Positions 41,734 to 53,199 are shown, numbered from the stretch's first letter. The stretch is 64,000 nt of DNA from an uncultured Pelagibacteraceae bacterium (GCA_902627745.1 CACOKG010000001.1:391-64390); one strand, 5' to 3'. The notes: generated by a model from the sequence alone, not told the origin. Program-made: numbers and translations.

Positions 41734-43287
41734 ATGTTAAATAAAAGAGCAGATAAACTTGAACTATTAAGAATCGCAGAAGCAGTAGCTTTAGAAAAAT
41801 CGATCGATAAAGACCTTATAATTAGTTCGATGGAAACTGGGATTGCTAAAGCAGCAAAATCTAAATTTGGCCAGGATAATGAGATTAAGGTAGTGATTAA
41901 TAGAGATAACGGCGATATTGAAATTTTTAGAAAATTGATAGTTACAGAAAATCCAGAAAATACAAATACTGAGATTAAGCTAGAGGATGCAATTATATTG
42001 AATGAGACTAATAAAGACAAAGTGATTGGAGATGAAGTTTTACAGCCATTACCCTCATTTGATTTTGGAAGAATAGCTGCCCAAACGGCTAAACAAGTAA
42101 TTAATTTTAATGTCAGAGAGGCAGAAAGAGAAAGACAATTTAATGATTTTATTGATAAAAAAGACACAATATTAAGTGGAATTGTGAAAAGATTAGAGTT
42201 TGGAAATGTGATCGTAGATCTTGGAAGAACAGAAGCAATAATTCAAAAAAATGAAATTATACCAAGAGAAAATATAAAAGCTGGAGATAGAATCAAAGCT
42301 TATTGTTTCGATGTAAGAAGAGAGCCTCGTGGTCAACAAATTTTTTTATCAAGAGCTCATCCAAAGTTTATGGAAAAACTTTTTGTTCAAGAAGTTCCTG
42401 AAATTTATGATGGTCTAATTGAGATTAAATCATCTTCTAGAGATCCAGGAAGTAGAGCAAAAATTTGTGTTAAAGCAGTCGATACATCACTAGATCCAGT
42501 TGGAGCATGTGTAGGAATGAGAGGATCGAGAGTTCAAGCAGTTGTTAATGAATTACAAGGTGAAAAAATTGATATTGTAAATTGGTCTGAAGATCCTGCA
42601 ATATTAGTATCTAACGCTTTATCTCCAGCTGAGGTGCAAAGAGTAAATGTAGATTTAGAAAGAAAAAAATTAGATGTAATTCTTACTGAAGAAAATTTAA
42701 GTAAAGCTATCGGGAGAAGAGGACAAAATGTAAGGCTTGCTACAAAATTATTGAACTTTGAAATAAATATTATGACAGATGCAGAGGACTCAGAAAAAAG
42801 ACAATTAGAGTTTAAGGAGAAAACAGAAAATTTTGTAAAGAATTTAGAGCTAGATGAAACTCTTGGACAACTTCTTGTGGCTGAGGGTTATTCCACCATT
42901 GACGATATAAAAGATAGTTCAGAAGAGAATTTATTAAAAATTGAAGGTATAGAGGAAGAAACTGCAAAAGCTCTTATAGAAAGAGCAAAAGAGTTTCATC
43001 AAAAAGATCAAGAAGATATTTCTGAAAGGATTAAAGAATTAGGTTTGGACGACGGACTAATTAATTTAAAGGGGTTAACTCCTGGAATGTTAGTTACCTT
43101 AGGTGATCAAAAAATCCTTACACTACAAGATTTTGCTGATCTAGCATCAGACGAACTGACCGGTGGATATGATTTAGTGAAAGGTGAAAGAGTAAAAATT
43201 CAAGGTTACTTGGAAGATTTTGCTTTATCAAAAGAAGAAGCAGATGAACTCATTATGTCTGCAAGAAAAATTATTTATGAAGATTGA
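41734..43287 (+). CDS. nusA: Transcription elongation factor NusA
   Basis: FGRIAAQTAKQ, RDPGSRAK, DPVGACVGMRGSRV, AIGRRGQNVRLA. GGAG precedes ATG 41734. Confidence 0.97.
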   Translation: MLNKRADKLELLRIAEAVALEKSIDKDLIISSMETGIAKAAKSKFGQDNEIKVVINRDNGDIEIFRKLIVTENPENTNTEIKLEDAIILNETNKDKVIGDEVLQPLPSFDFGRIAAQTAKQVINFNVREAERERQFNDFIDKKDTILSGIVKRLEFGNVIVDLGRTEAIIQKNEIIPRENIKAGDRIKAYCFDVRREPRGQQIFLSRAHPKFMEKLFVQEVPEIYDGLIEIKSSSRDPGSRAKICVKAVDTSLDPVGACVGMRGSRVQAVVNELQGEKIDIVNWSEDPAILVSNALSPAEVQRVNVDLERKKLDVILTEENLSKAIGRRGQNVRLATKLLNFEINIMTDAEDSEKRQLEFKEKTENFVKNLELDETLGQLLVAEGYSTIDDIKDSSEENLLKIEGIEEETAKALIERAKEFHQKDQEDISERIKELGLDDGLINLKGLTPGMLVTLGDQKILTLQDFADLASDELTGGYDLVKGERVKIQGYLEDFALSKEEADELIMSARKIIYED

Positions 43288-43297
43288 GAGATGAGCT

Positions 43298-45523
43298 ATG
43301 GAAAAAAAAACAAAATTAACAATATCAGGTGGCATAGCCAAAAAGTCTTTCAAAAATATAGATAAAGCAAAAAATCTTGGAAAAAATTCTGTAATAATCG
43401 AAAAACAAACTGGTAAATTTACTAATAGAGGTGGTTCATTTAAGTCAAACCCATCAAAGATTAAAAATAATTTTTCAAGCAACAAAGGAACTTTTGGTAA
43501 ACCGAATTATATCCCTAAATCACCACCTTTAACAAGTGATTTTGAAAGACGTAAATTAGCTGAGCAAAGAGCCACTAAAAGACTTAAAGAGGAAAATGAG
43601 AATAATAAGAATAAAAAATCAATAAAATCTAATACAAAAAAAAGAGAGTTAAAATTAACAGTCTCTAGAGCTTTGAGCGATCAAATTGAAGCTAGAGAAC
43701 GAAGTTTAGCTTCTGTTAAAAGGGCAAGACAAAAAGAAAATAGAAGTCTAACTAAAGAGGAAGTTCAAGAAAATTTAAAGCCCGTTAAAAGAGATATAAA
43801 TATCCCAGAGGTAATCACTGTTAGAGAACTTGCAAATAGAATGGCAGAACAATCAAGTAATATAATTAAGCATATGTTTGGAATGGGAGTAACAGTAACA
43901 ATAAACCAAAATCTAGCAGCTGATACTGCAGAATATTTGGTTAAAGAATTTGGTCATAATCCAATTCGAGAGGAAAAAGCAGAGGAGATAATCCAAAAAA
44001 TTAAAGCCTCAAGGACTGAAAATTTAAAGAATAGACCACCAATAATCACAGTTATGGGTCATGTGGATCATGGTAAAACTTCGGTTCTAGACGTCTTGAG
44101 AAGTGCAAATGTGGTATCAGGAGAGTTTGGTGGAATAACCCAACACATTGGCGCTTATCAAATAGACCATCAGTCTAATAAGTTAACATTTATTGATACA
44201 CCAGGCCATGCAGCTTTTACTGAAATGAGAGCAAGAGGATCAAAGCTTACAGATATTGTTGTTTTAGTTGTTGCGGCTGATGATGGAGTTAAACCTCAAA
44301 CAATCGAATCAATAAAACATGCAAAGGCTGCAAATGTACCAATAGTTGTAGCGATTAATAAATGTGATTTACCTGAGGCTGACCCTCAAAAAATTAAAAA
44401 TCAATTACTTGAACATGAGTTAATAGCTGAAGATTTATCAGGGGACACTTTGATGGTAGAGATATCAGCAAAAACTAAATCAAACCTGGATAAACTTATT
44501 GATGCGATCATTCTTCAAGCTGAAATTCTAGATCTTAAAACTGATTTTGAGTCAAAAGCCACAGGGGTTGTTCTAGAATCGAAAATTGACATTGGAAGAG
44601 GACCAGTTGCGACAATAATTGTAACAACTGGAACTTTAAAAAAAGGAGATTTTTTTGTAAGTGGTCTTAAGTGGGGAAAAATCCGAGCTATTATTAATGA
44701 TAAGGGGAAAAATATTGATGAAGCTCTGCCATCTTCTCCAGTAGAAATACTTGGAATAAATGGTGCTGCAAGAGCTGGAGATGATTTTATAGTTTTAGAT
44801 AATGAGAAAGAGGCTAAAACTTTGAGCGTAAATAGAGCTCAAGAGAGCAAAGATGGTAAAAATCCTCTGACATTTGCCACTCAAGAGTCTGCTTTTTCTA
44901 ATAAGTCCACTGAAGAATTGAATCTTATAATTAAGTCTGATGTCCATGGATCCTCAGAGGCAATAAAAAGTGCTATCAGTCAAATTAAGCATGATGAGGT
45001 AAAACCAAAAATAATTTTGGCAGATATTGGAATGGTTACTGAGACTGATGTGTCTTTGGCAAAGGCATCAAATGCAGTTTTGATAGCGTTTAATGTAAAG
45101 CCAAGTAAGGAAGCTAAAAGACTTGCTGAAAATGAAAAGATAAATATTTCATCATACAATATAATTTATGAAGTTTTAGATTTTGTTAAAAAAAGAATGT
45201 CTGGATTATTAACTCCTGATGTGGAAGAAAAAGTGATTGGAACCGCGCAAATTTTAGAAATTTTCAAAGTCTCAGGAGCTGGTAAAATTGCTGGTTCTAA
45301 AGTAACGGATGGAGAAATTAATAGTAATTCAGATGTAAGAGTGATTAGAGATGGTTCAATTGTTTTTACGGGAAAAGTTGGAAGTTTGTTCAGAGAGAAA
45401 AATCAAGTAAAACAGGTAAACAATGGTCAAGAGTGTGGAATTGCACTCAAAGATTACATGGATTTTAAAAAAGATGATACAATAGAGGCTTTTAGTGTTA
45501 CATCTAAAGAGAGGACAATATAA
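43298..45523 (+). CDS. infB: Translation initiation factor IF-2
   Basis: [30 protein letters not shown]. Confidence 0.98.
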   Translation: MEKKTKLTISGGIAKKSFKNIDKAKNLGKNSVIIEKQTGKFTNRGGSFKSNPSKIKNNFSSNKGTFGKPNYIPKSPPLTSDFERRKLAEQRATKRLKEENENNKNKKSIKSNTKKRELKLTVSRALSDQIEARERSLASVKRARQKENRSLTKEEVQENLKPVKRDINIPEVITVRELANRMAEQSSNIIKHMFGMGVTVTINQNLAADTAEYLVKEFGHNPIREEKAEEIIQKIKASRTENLKNRPPIITVMGHVDHGKTSVLDVLRSANVVSGEFGGITQHIGAYQIDHQSNKLTFIDTPGHAAFTEMRARGSKLTDIVVLVVAADDGVKPQTIESIKHAKAANVPIVVAINKCDLPEADPQKIKNQLLEHELIAEDLSGDTLMVEISAKTKSNLDKLIDAIILQAEILDLKTDFESKATGVVLESKIDIGRGPVATIIVTTGTLKKGDFFVSGLKWGKIRAIINDKGKNIDEALPSSPVEILGINGAARAGDDFIVLDNEKEAKTLSVNRAQESKDGKNPLTFATQESAFSNKSTEELNLIIKSDVHGSSEAIKSAISQIKHDEVKPKIILADIGMVTETDVSLAKASNAVLIAFNVKPSKEAKRLAENEKINISSYNIIYEVLDFVKKRMSGLLTPDVEEKVIGTAQILEIFKVSGAGKIAGSKVTDGEINSNSDVRVIRDGSIVFTGKVGSLFREKNQVKQVNNGQECGIALKDYMDFKKDDTIEAFSVTSKERTI

Positions 45524-45891
45524 TGGCAGATAGAATAGGAAAACCAATTTCACAAAGACAATTAAGAGTGGGTGAAATGATTAAACAATCTTTGAGCATG
45601 ATTTTTATAAGAAATGAGGCTAAAGTTCCAAATTTAGAAACAAATACTATAACAGTTACTGAAGTGAGAATGAGTCAAGATTTGAAAATAGCCAAAGCAT
45701 ATGTGCTTCCTCTAGGAGGAAAAAATGCAGAAGAAACTATTAATATTTTAAAAGAATACTCGTTTCTAATAAGAAAAATTTTATCTCAAAAAGTAGTGAT
45801 GAAATTTTTACCAAAACTACTTTTTAGAAAAGATGACTCTTTTGAGTATGCTGAAAAAATAGAGAATTTAATTAAACAAACAAATAAATAG
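45523..45891 (+). CDS. rbfA: Ribosome-binding factor A
   Basis: SQRQLRVGE, ITVTEVRMSQDLK, PKLLF; follows infB. Confidence 0.95.
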   Translation: MADRIGKPISQRQLRVGEMIKQSLSMIFIRNEAKVPNLETNTITVTEVRMSQDLKIAKAYVLPLGGKNAEETINILKEYSFLIRKILSQKVVMKFLPKLLFRKDDSFEYAEKIENLIKQTNK

Positions 45892-45903
45892 GAAAAAAGA
45901 AGT

Positions 45904-46152
45904 ATGAATAAAAAAGCTCAAGATTTAGCAATGCATGAAAAAGATACCGGATCATCAGAAATCCAAATTGCTTTGCTTACAGAAAAAATTGAAACGCTCT
46001 CAAAACATATAAAACAATTCAAAAAAGATAAACATTCATCTGTTGGATTATTGAGAGCGGTCAATAGAAGAAAAAAATTGTTAGATTATCTTAAAAGAAA
46101 TAAGGTAGACTCTTACAAGAATGTCCTGTCGAAATTGAATTTGAGAAAATAA
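45904..46152 (+). CDS. rpsO: 30S ribosomal protein S15
   Basis: DTGSSEIQIALLT, KDKHS, RRKKLLDYL, LNLRK. Confidence 0.97.
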   Translation: MNKKAQDLAMHEKDTGSSEIQIALLTEKIETLSKHIKQFKKDKHSSVGLLRAVNRRKKLLDYLKRNKVDSYKNVLSKLNLRK

Positions 46153-46167
46153 GAATCAAGATAGATA

Positions 46168-46212
46168 GAACGGAATGGAACGAAACGAACGAAATGAAAT
46201 GGAAATGAAATG
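46168..46212 (+). repeat. Purine-rich degenerate tandem repeat of nine G(G)AA(A)Y units in the pnp leader
   Basis: GAAC GGAAT GGAAC GAAAC GAAC GAAAT GAAAT GGAAAT GAAAT G; the last unit supplies the pnp ATG. Confidence 0.8.
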
Positions 46213-48282
46213 TTTAAAGTATACAAGAAGGAAGTTGAAGTAGCAGGTAAGAAGATAAGTTTAGAAACAGGTAAAGTAGCAAGACAGGCAGACGGAGCAA
46301 TCATAGCAACATGTGGGGAGACAGTCGTTTTAGCAACTGTCGTTGGTGCAAAAAAAGTTAATCCAGACATGGATTACTTTCCATTGTCTGTAAATTATCA
46401 GGAAAAATATTACGCAGCAGGAAAAATTCCTGGTGGATATTTTAAAAGAGAGGCAAGACCAACTGAGAGTGAGACATTAATCTCAAGATTAATTGATAGA
46501 CCGATCAGACCATTATTTCCTGATGAATTTAAAAATGAAGTTCAGTTGTTACCAACTGTAATTTCTTACGATAAAGAAAATGAAGCAGATATTTTATCAA
46601 TTATTGCATCTTCTGCAGCTTTAGCTATATCAGGAATGCCATTTATGGGCCCTATCGGAGCTTCTAGAGTTGGATATATCGATGGCAAATATGTTTTGAA
46701 TCCGTCAAAAACTGAACTTGAAAAATCAAAATTAGATTTAGTTGTTGCTGGAACAAAAGACGCTGTGCTTATGGTTGAGTCAGAAGCGAGCGGGTTAACA
46801 GAGGAAGAGATGTTAAATGCAGTAAAATTTGGGCATAAAGGATTTGTTTCAGTGATTAAAATGATAGAGGAACTGGCTAAAGAATGTAGGAAACCTGAGT
46901 GGACTGTTGAAAAGAAAGATTTATCTGATGTGAGGAAAAAACTAGAGGTAACTTTTACAGAAGATCTTAAAAAAGCATTTGCGACAAGAGACAAACAAGA
47001 CAGATCAAATCAAATTTCAGAAATTACTGATAAAGCAAAAAAACTTTATGAGGAAGACGAAAACTATACAGATCTTGATGTAAATTCTGAACTAAAAAAT
47101 CTTGAAAAAACAATTGTCAGAACAGATATTTTGAAAAATAAAAATAGAATTGATGGCAGGGGTTTGTCTGATGTAAGGCCAATCTCATGTGAGGTTGGTG
47201 TTTTGCCAAGAACACATGGCTCTGCTTTGTTTACAAGAGGCGAAACGCAAGCAATCGTAACTGCTACTTTAGGCACATCTGATGACGAACAAAGAATTGA
47301 GAGCTTAGATGGATTACAAAGGGAAAGGTTTATGCTTCATTATAATTTTCCACCTTTTTCTGTTGGTGAGACAGGTAGAATAGGAACTGGTAGAAGAGAG
47401 ATTGGTCATGGTAAATTAGCATGGAGAGCAATTCATTCTTCATTACCCTCAAAAGAATCGTTTCCTTATACTTTTAGAGTAGTATCAGAAATAACAGAGT
47501 CCAATGGTTCTTCATCAATGGCTACAGTTTGTGGAACATCACTTGCACTAATGGATGCGGGAGTGCCAATAAAAGAACCAGTTGCAGGTATAGCAATGGG
47601 TTTAATTAAAGAGGGTGATGATTTTAGCGTATTATCAGATATTTTAGGTGATGAGGATCATCTGGGTGATATGGATTTTAAAGTTGCCGGAACTAAAGAA
47701 GGAATTACTTCACTACAAATGGATATCAAAATTACCGGTATTACTTTTGAAATAATGGAGCAAGCATTAAGCCAAGCTAAAGATGGGAGACTTCATATTT
47801 TAGGAGAAATGAATAAAGCATTATCAGCATCAAGATCTGACGTTGGAAAACATACTCCAAAAATGGAAAAAATTAATGTCGATAAGAAAGACATTGCTGC
47901 TGTTATTGGAAAAGGTGGTGCAACAATCAGGGAGATTGTAGAAAAATCAGGTGCCAAAGTTGATGTAAATGATGAAGGAGTTGTAACAGTTGCTGCTCCA
48001 GATGAAGAGTCTAGAAGTGTAGCTATGCAAATGATTAAAGACATCACAGCAAAAGCCGAATTGAATAAAATATATTCAGGTAAAGTAATGAAGATTATGG
48101 AGTTTGGTGCATTTGTTAATTTTTTAGGAAAACAAGATGGTTTAGTTCACATCTCTGAACTTGCTGACAAAAGAGTTGCAAAGGTAACAGATGTTGTGAA
48201 AGAGGGAGATGAGGTAAAAGTAAAAGTAATTGGCTTTGACAGAGGGAAGGTTAAACTTTCAATCAAACAGGCAACAACTTGA
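46210..48282 (+). CDS. pnp: Polyribonucleotide nucleotidyltransferase (PNPase)
   Basis: [42 protein letters not shown] and S1 domains. Confidence 0.98.
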   Translation: MFKVYKKEVEVAGKKISLETGKVARQADGAIIATCGETVVLATVVGAKKVNPDMDYFPLSVNYQEKYYAAGKIPGGYFKREARPTESETLISRLIDRPIRPLFPDEFKNEVQLLPTVISYDKENEADILSIIASSAALAISGMPFMGPIGASRVGYIDGKYVLNPSKTELEKSKLDLVVAGTKDAVLMVESEASGLTEEEMLNAVKFGHKGFVSVIKMIEELAKECRKPEWTVEKKDLSDVRKKLEVTFTEDLKKAFATRDKQDRSNQISEITDKAKKLYEEDENYTDLDVNSELKNLEKTIVRTDILKNKNRIDGRGLSDVRPISCEVGVLPRTHGSALFTRGETQAIVTATLGTSDDEQRIESLDGLQRERFMLHYNFPPFSVGETGRIGTGRREIGHGKLAWRAIHSSLPSKESFPYTFRVVSEITESNGSSSMATVCGTSLALMDAGVPIKEPVAGIAMGLIKEGDDFSVLSDILGDEDHLGDMDFKVAGTKEGITSLQMDIKITGITFEIMEQALSQAKDGRLHILGEMNKALSASRSDVGKHTPKMEKINVDKKDIAAVIGKGGATIREIVEKSGAKVDVNDEGVVTVAAPDEESRSVAMQMIKDITAKAELNKIYSGKVMKIMEFGAFVNFLGKQDGLVHISELADKRVAKVTDVVKEGDEVKVKVIGFDRGKVKLSIKQATT

Positions 48283-48292
48283 TGGTCTTAAA

Positions 48293-49066
48293 TTGAGTCA
48301 TGATGTAAAAAAATTTAAACTATTAAAAAAAATTATTGGGGCTCTTGGATATAAATTAATAGATAAGAAGTCAGCAAAGACAGAGAGATTAATTGATAAC
48401 TTTATATTCAAAATAGAGGATTTACTTAAAGTTCTTATAAATAAAAAAAAAATTACTAAGATTCTACAAATTGGTGCAAATGACGGAAAAAGTGATGATT
48501 TTTTATATAAATCTTTTAACAAAGATCTTGAGGGAATTCTTTTGGAACCAATGGAAGATGCTTATGCAAGTTTAAAAAAAAATTATGAACAATTTAATAA
48601 AGTTAGGTGTTTAAATTTGGCGTTAGATATAATGGACCAGGAAAAAATTTTTTTTTCTATTAACCCAAAATATTTTGAGCATTATAAAAAAAAATTTAGC
48701 GATAAAAATGTTAAATGGTTAAACATATTATCATCCTTTCATAGAGAACATCTAGTTAGACATGGTATAAAAGATAAACACATCATTTCAAAAAACATAA
48801 AATGTATTTCATTTAAAACTTTGATAGATAGATATGATTTTCAGGATTTAGATTTACTTATAATTGATACCGAAGGTTATGATTACACTTTAGTCAATAA
48901 CTTTATTGAGACAATGGATATGAGACCATTAATTATTTTTGAGTGGATACATGGTGAAAATGATGAGGTAAATAAATTGTTGAAAAAATTAATCGAGAAT
49001 AATTATGAATTTTTCAAAATTGGAAGAGATTTAATATGTTTTCAAAAAAATTTTTTATTCAATTGA
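48293..49066 (+). CDS. FkbM-family SAM-dependent methyltransferase
   Basis: LQIGANDG, LLEP, DLLIIDTEGYD, IIFEW. Start uncertain; TTG 48293 chosen to avoid overlap with pnp. Confidence 0.85.
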   Translation: MSHDVKKFKLLKKIIGALGYKLIDKKSAKTERLIDNFIFKIEDLLKVLINKKKITKILQIGANDGKSDDFLYKSFNKDLEGILLEPMEDAYASLKKNYEQFNKVRCLNLALDIMDQEKIFFSINPKYFEHYKKKFSDKNVKWLNILSSFHREHLVRHGIKDKHIISKNIKCISFKTLIDRYDFQDLDLLIIDTEGYDYTLVNNFIETMDMRPLIIFEWIHGENDEVNKLLKKLIENNYEFFKIGRDLICFQKNFLFN

Positions 49067-49081
49067 TAATTTTAAAAGATT

Positions 49082-50116
49082 ATGAAAATTCTCAGATTAA
49101 CGTATAAAAATGTTCTAAAACACTTATTTTTTAAGATTAATAAATCTTATTCATTAAATAAAAAACAACAAAACTTTTATAAAAAAAAAAATCTATTAAT
49201 AGGTAAAAAAAATTATCAAATTTTCACGCTTAAAAATGGAAGTATCTTTATGGATACTTCTGAGTCAAAATATTTTTATATTTATAAAAACTTTATCTTA
49301 CAAGATCTTTCAATTGATATTAAAGGTTTAAATAAAAATTCAAATATATTTAAATATGGAATAACTAAATTTTGTAAAAAATTTGATTTAGATGTTATTT
49401 CTATTATTTCAGGACGTGATGCTAAAGATAATTATTATCATTGGTTAATTGATGTATTACCTAGATTGATAATTTTAGAAAAGCAATTTAGAAAAAAAAA
49501 TATGAATTTACTTGTGCCAGATTATAACATTTCTTATCAAAAAGAGTCATTAAATTGTTTTTTAAAAGATAAGAAAATTAATTTGATTAGTCTTTATAAT
49601 CATAAGTTTTGTCAATTTAAAAAGATTATTTTGTGTTCAAATAATGAAAATTTTGAATATTTTAATTTTGCTCTTTTATCAAAAATGAAAAAAAAAATTT
49701 TACATCAAGCTAAAAAAAAAAACATTTTTTTTGGTAAAACTTTTGAAAAAATATATATTAGTCGTATTGATTCAAGAAACATAAGATCTTTTAAAGACAA
49801 TGTAAAAATTGAAAAAGTTTTAATTAAAAAAGGATTTAAAATATTAGTTTTATCAAAATACTCTTTTTTAGAAAAAGCTGTGATCTTTAATGGAGCAAAA
49901 ATTATAATTGGACTTCACGGAGCAGGTTTGGCCAATATAGTTTTTTCAAAAAGAAAAACAAAGATTATAGAGATCACTTCAAACAAATGGCCTGATATGT
50001 TTGAAAAGTTATCTAAATGCATGAATTTGTCTTATAAAAAAGTTATAATTAGTAATATTGATAAAAAAACTAACTTGGTAAATCTTTCAATAAATAAATT
50101 TATGAAATATTTTTAG
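49082..50116 (+). CDS. Glycosyltransferase family 61 (DUF563)-like protein
   Basis: NYYHWLIDVLPRL, IYISR, IIGLHGAGLAN, IIEI. Confidence 0.82.
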   Translation: MKILRLTYKNVLKHLFFKINKSYSLNKKQQNFYKKKNLLIGKKNYQIFTLKNGSIFMDTSESKYFYIYKNFILQDLSIDIKGLNKNSNIFKYGITKFCKKFDLDVISIISGRDAKDNYYHWLIDVLPRLIILEKQFRKKNMNLLVPDYNISYQKESLNCFLKDKKINLISLYNHKFCQFKKIILCSNNENFEYFNFALLSKMKKKILHQAKKKNIFFGKTFEKIYISRIDSRNIRSFKDNVKIEKVLIKKGFKILVLSKYSFLEKAVIFNGAKIIIGLHGAGLANIVFSKRKTKIIEITSNKWPDMFEKLSKCMNLSYKKVIISNIDKKTNLVNLSINKFMKYF

Positions 50117-50885
50117 GATCAGGCATTCCTACTTTATTGTATCCAGCATCAACATAATGAATTTCGCCTGTTACTCCATTTGCTAGATCACTTAAAAGAT
50201 ATAAAGCTGAATTTCCAACATCATGAATATCTACATTTCTTTTGAGAAAGGAGTGATCCTCATTCCATTTATACAAAAATTTTGCATCACCAATCGCTGA
50301 TGCAGCTAAAGTTTTTATTGGCCCAGCGCTGATAGCATTTACTCTTATACCTTTGGCGCCCAAGTCCCTAGCTAGATATTTAACACTAGACTCTAAAGCT
50401 GACTTACATACACCCATTACATTATAATTTGGAATAGCCTTATTAGCTTCATAACTAAGTGTGATTAAACTCCCACCCTTTTTAATTATTTTTAAAGCTT
50501 CTCTAGCAACCTCAGTAAATGAAAAGCATGAAATTAACATACTTCTTAAAAAGTTTTCTCTAGTTGTGTTTAAATATTCTCCAGACAACTCTGATTTATC
50601 AGAAAAGGCAATAGCATGGACTACAAAATCTATCTCACCCCATTTAGATTTTACATCCTCAAATAATTTTATTATGTCTTCTTTTTTCTCTACATCACAA
50701 CTAAAGGTTATTTTTGAGTTTAATTTTTCTGCCAGAGGAACTACTCTTTTTTTTAAGGCATCTCCTAAATACGTAAATGCTAGTTCAGCTCCTGCTTCAG
50801 ATAGTTTTTGAGAAATACCCCATGCAATAGATCTCTCATTTGCAACACCCATTATCAATCCTTTTTTACCTTTCATTAAACTCAT
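50100..50885 (-). CDS. fabI: Enoyl-ACP reductase FabI
   Basis: GVANERSIAWGI, YNVMGVCK, NAISAGPIKTLA. Confidence 0.96.
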   Translation of the reverse strand: MSLMKGKKGLIMGVANERSIAWGISQKLSEAGAELAFTYLGDALKKRVVPLAEKLNSKITFSCDVEKKEDIIKLFEDVKSKWGEIDFVVHAIAFSDKSELSGEYLNTTRENFLRSMLISCFSFTEVAREALKIIKKGGSLITLSYEANKAIPNYNVMGVCKSALESSVKYLARDLGAKGIRVNAISAGPIKTLAASAIGDAKFLYKWNEDHSFLKRNVDIHDVGNSALYLLSDLANGVTGEIHYVDAGYNKVGMPDPKNIS

Positions 50886-50887
50886 AA

Positions 50888-52099
50888 TTATATCTTCTCA
50901 AAAATTAAGGCAGCATTAGTTCCACCAAAACCAAAACTATTTGACATCACTGTATTTAAAGTCAAGTTAGTTTCAGTTTTCAAAACTATAGGAAATTTTT
51001 TAGCATCTTCATCTATTTCAGAAATATTAGCTGACCCAGCAATGAAATTATTTTTCATCATAATCAAGCAATATATAGCTTCATGAACTGACGCAGCACC
51101 AAGAGGGTGACCTGACAAAGACTTGGTTGAACTTATTTTTGGAATTTTTTCTCCAAAAGTTTCCTTTATAGCTTTAAGTTCAGTTATGTCACCTACCGGT
51201 GTAGAGGTTCCGTGAGTATTTATATAATCAATTTTGTGTTTAGTAGTAGCCATTGCCATTTTCATACATCTAACAGCCCCTTCCCCAGATGGAGCTACCA
51301 TGTCATATCCATCTGAAGTGGCACCATAACCAGTTAATTCTGCATAAATTTTGGCACCTCTAGCTTTTGCATGCTCATATTCTTCTAGTACTAGTACACC
51401 TGCTCCACCAGCAATTACAAACCCATCTCTAGTTTTATCATATGCTCTTGATGCTGATTGAGGAGTATCATTATATTTTGACGATAGAGCAGTCATAGCA
51501 TCAAACATAGCTGTCATTGCCCAATGTATCTCTTCACTTCCACCTGCAAAAACAATATTCTGTTTACCCATTTGAATTAGTTCCATTGAATTTCCAATGC
51601 AGTGACCACTAGTTGCGCATGCAGAACTCATTGTATAATTAGTTCCTTTGATTTTAAATGGAACTGCCAAAGTAGCAGACGCAGTACTTGCCATGGTTCT
51701 TGGAACTATAAAAGGACCCATCAATTTTGGGGTTTTTGCTCTTGTTTTGTCGGCTGCTAAAATAACGTTTTCAATTGAAGGCCCTCCTGATCCCATGACT
51801 ATACCAGTGCTAAAGTTGCTTACTTCTTTTTCCTCTAAACCCGAATCTTTGATTGCCTCTTTCATCGCAATATAGTTATAAGCTGAACCTGAACCCATAA
51901 ATCTAATTGTTTTTCTATCTATATGATCTTCAAGTTTGATGTTTGGCTTACCATGTACATGACTTTTTAAATTATGCTCTCTATATTCTTCAGCAAATGA
52001 GATCCCTGACTTTGAATTTAATAAAGATTGATGGACTTCTTCTTGATTATTGCCTAAACAAGAAACTACACCCAAACCAGTTATTACAACTCTTTTCAT
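50888..52099 (-). CDS. fabB: Beta-ketoacyl-ACP synthase I
   Basis: [33 protein letters not shown]; linked to fabA. Confidence 0.95.
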   Translation of the reverse strand: MKRVVITGLGVVSCLGNNQEEVHQSLLNSKSGISFAEEYREHNLKSHVHGKPNIKLEDHIDRKTIRFMGSGSAYNYIAMKEAIKDSGLEEKEVSNFSTGIVMGSGGPSIENVILAADKTRAKTPKLMGPFIVPRTMASTASATLAVPFKIKGTNYTMSSACATSGHCIGNSMELIQMGKQNIVFAGGSEEIHWAMTAMFDAMTALSSKYNDTPQSASRAYDKTRDGFVIAGGAGVLVLEEYEHAKARGAKIYAELTGYGATSDGYDMVAPSGEGAVRCMKMAMATTKHKIDYINTHGTSTPVGDITELKAIKETFGEKIPKISSTKSLSGHPLGAASVHEAIYCLIMMKNNFIAGSANISEIDEDAKKFPIVLKTETNLTLNTVMSNSFGFGGTNAALIFEKI

Positions 52100-52599
52100 T
52101 ATTTAAATAACCCCACTTTTAAATTATCTGCTGAATAAATTTTTTTTTCGTCTGCTAATAATATCCCATTAGCCAAACCAACTGTTGTACCACCAGGAGA
52201 CATAATTTTTTTCATATCGATTTCATATTTGACTAATTTAACATTTTGTAAAACTTCTCCTGTAAATTTTACTGTACCAACGCCTAAGGCCCTGCCTTTT
52301 CCTGGATTTCCAATCCAGCCCAAATAAAATCCTACGAGTTGCCACATAGCATCAAGTCCAAGACATCCTGGCATCACAGGATCTTCTTTGAAATGACAAT
52401 CAAAAAACCAAAGGTCTTTCTTTATATCTAATTCAGCTTTTAAAGAGCCTTTTTTAAAAGCACCATTATTGTCATTAATTTCTGTAATTCTATCAAACAT
52501 TAACATTGGTGGAAGCGGTAATTTTGCGTTCCCAGGACCAAAAAGACCTCCGTTTCCACAATTTATTAAATCATCATAAGAATAGGAGTTTTTTTTCAT
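52099..52599 (-). CDS. fabA: 3-hydroxydecanoyl-ACP dehydratase/isomerase
   Basis: [35 protein letters not shown]. Start set at MKKNS (52599). Confidence 0.96.
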   Translation of the reverse strand: MKKNSYSYDDLINCGNGGLFGPGNAKLPLPPMLMFDRITEINDNNGAFKKGSLKAELDIKKDLWFFDCHFKEDPVMPGCLGLDAMWQLVGFYLGWIGNPGKGRALGVGTVKFTGEVLQNVKLVKYEIDMKKIMSPGGTTVGLANGILLADEKKIYSADNLKVGLFK

Positions 52600-52647
52600 A
52601 AGATGAAACACCTTATTACTTGATTTTAGAAAATAATATACATAAAG

Positions 52648-52664
52648 TTTAGAATTATTATAAT
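52648..52664. promoter_or_regulatory. Irr/ICE-like box upstream of irr
   Basis: TTTAGAA-TTA-TTATAAT compared with ICE TTTAGAA-N3-TTCTAAA; 5 nt before the irr ATG. Confidence 0.65.
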
Positions 52665-52669
52665 TAATA

Positions 52670-53098
52670 ATGTTAAAAAATAGCGAATTTGTTAGCAAAT
52701 TAAGAAATTCTGGTTTAAGGCCAACTAAACAAAGACTTAAAATTTGTGAAGTCTTATTTAATAGAGATAAAACGTTTCACTTTACTATTAATGAATTAGC
52801 GAAAAATATTTCACAAAAGTTTGATGAGAAAATATCTTTAGCCACGATTTATAACACAATACATGCTTTTAAAGACAAGGGTTATTTAAAAGAAATTACG
52901 ATCAGCAGTGATAAAAGTTATTTTGATACAAATATAACTAAACATCATCATTTTTATGATGAGGATACAAATTTACTTATAGATTGTAATGATAACGAAA
53001 TTGGAAAAGTTAATATAAAAAATAATATTACAGGAAAAAAAATTAGTTCTGTGGAGGTTTTAGTCAGAGTTGCGAGTGATACTCAAAATCAGAATTAA
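52670..53098 (+). CDS. irr: Irr-type Fur-family regulator
   Basis: [26 protein letters not shown]; divergent from fabA as in other alphaproteobacteria. Confidence 0.85.
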   Translation: MLKNSEFVSKLRNSGLRPTKQRLKICEVLFNRDKTFHFTINELAKNISQKFDEKISLATIYNTIHAFKDKGYLKEITISSDKSYFDTNITKHHHFYDEDTNLLIDCNDNEIGKVNIKNNITGKKISSVEVLVRVASDTQNQN

Positions 53099-53121
53099 AA
53101 AAACAATCTTTCTAAATTCAA

Positions 53122-53170
53122 ATTATAATTATTCTAAATTGTTGACATCAGTTTAGAACCATTATAAATT
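53122..53170 (+). promoter_or_regulatory. katG sigma70 promoter bracketed by two Irr/ICE-like boxes
   Basis: ATTATAA-TTA-TTCTAAA (53122-53138), TTGACA (53142-53147), TTTAGAA-CCA-TTATAAA (53152-53168), and TAAATT (53165-53170) 17 nt after the -35. Confidence 0.75.
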
Positions 53171-53199
53171 ATATTAGCAAGCTATTATGGGGAATAATA

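Noticed and set aside
46168-46212. pnp leader repeat as a CRISPR array or CsrA site cluster
   Set aside because: The units are 4-6 nt with no spacers or cas genes. The GGA motifs are not in hairpin loops and CsrA is not typical of this group. Kept only as a repeat finding.
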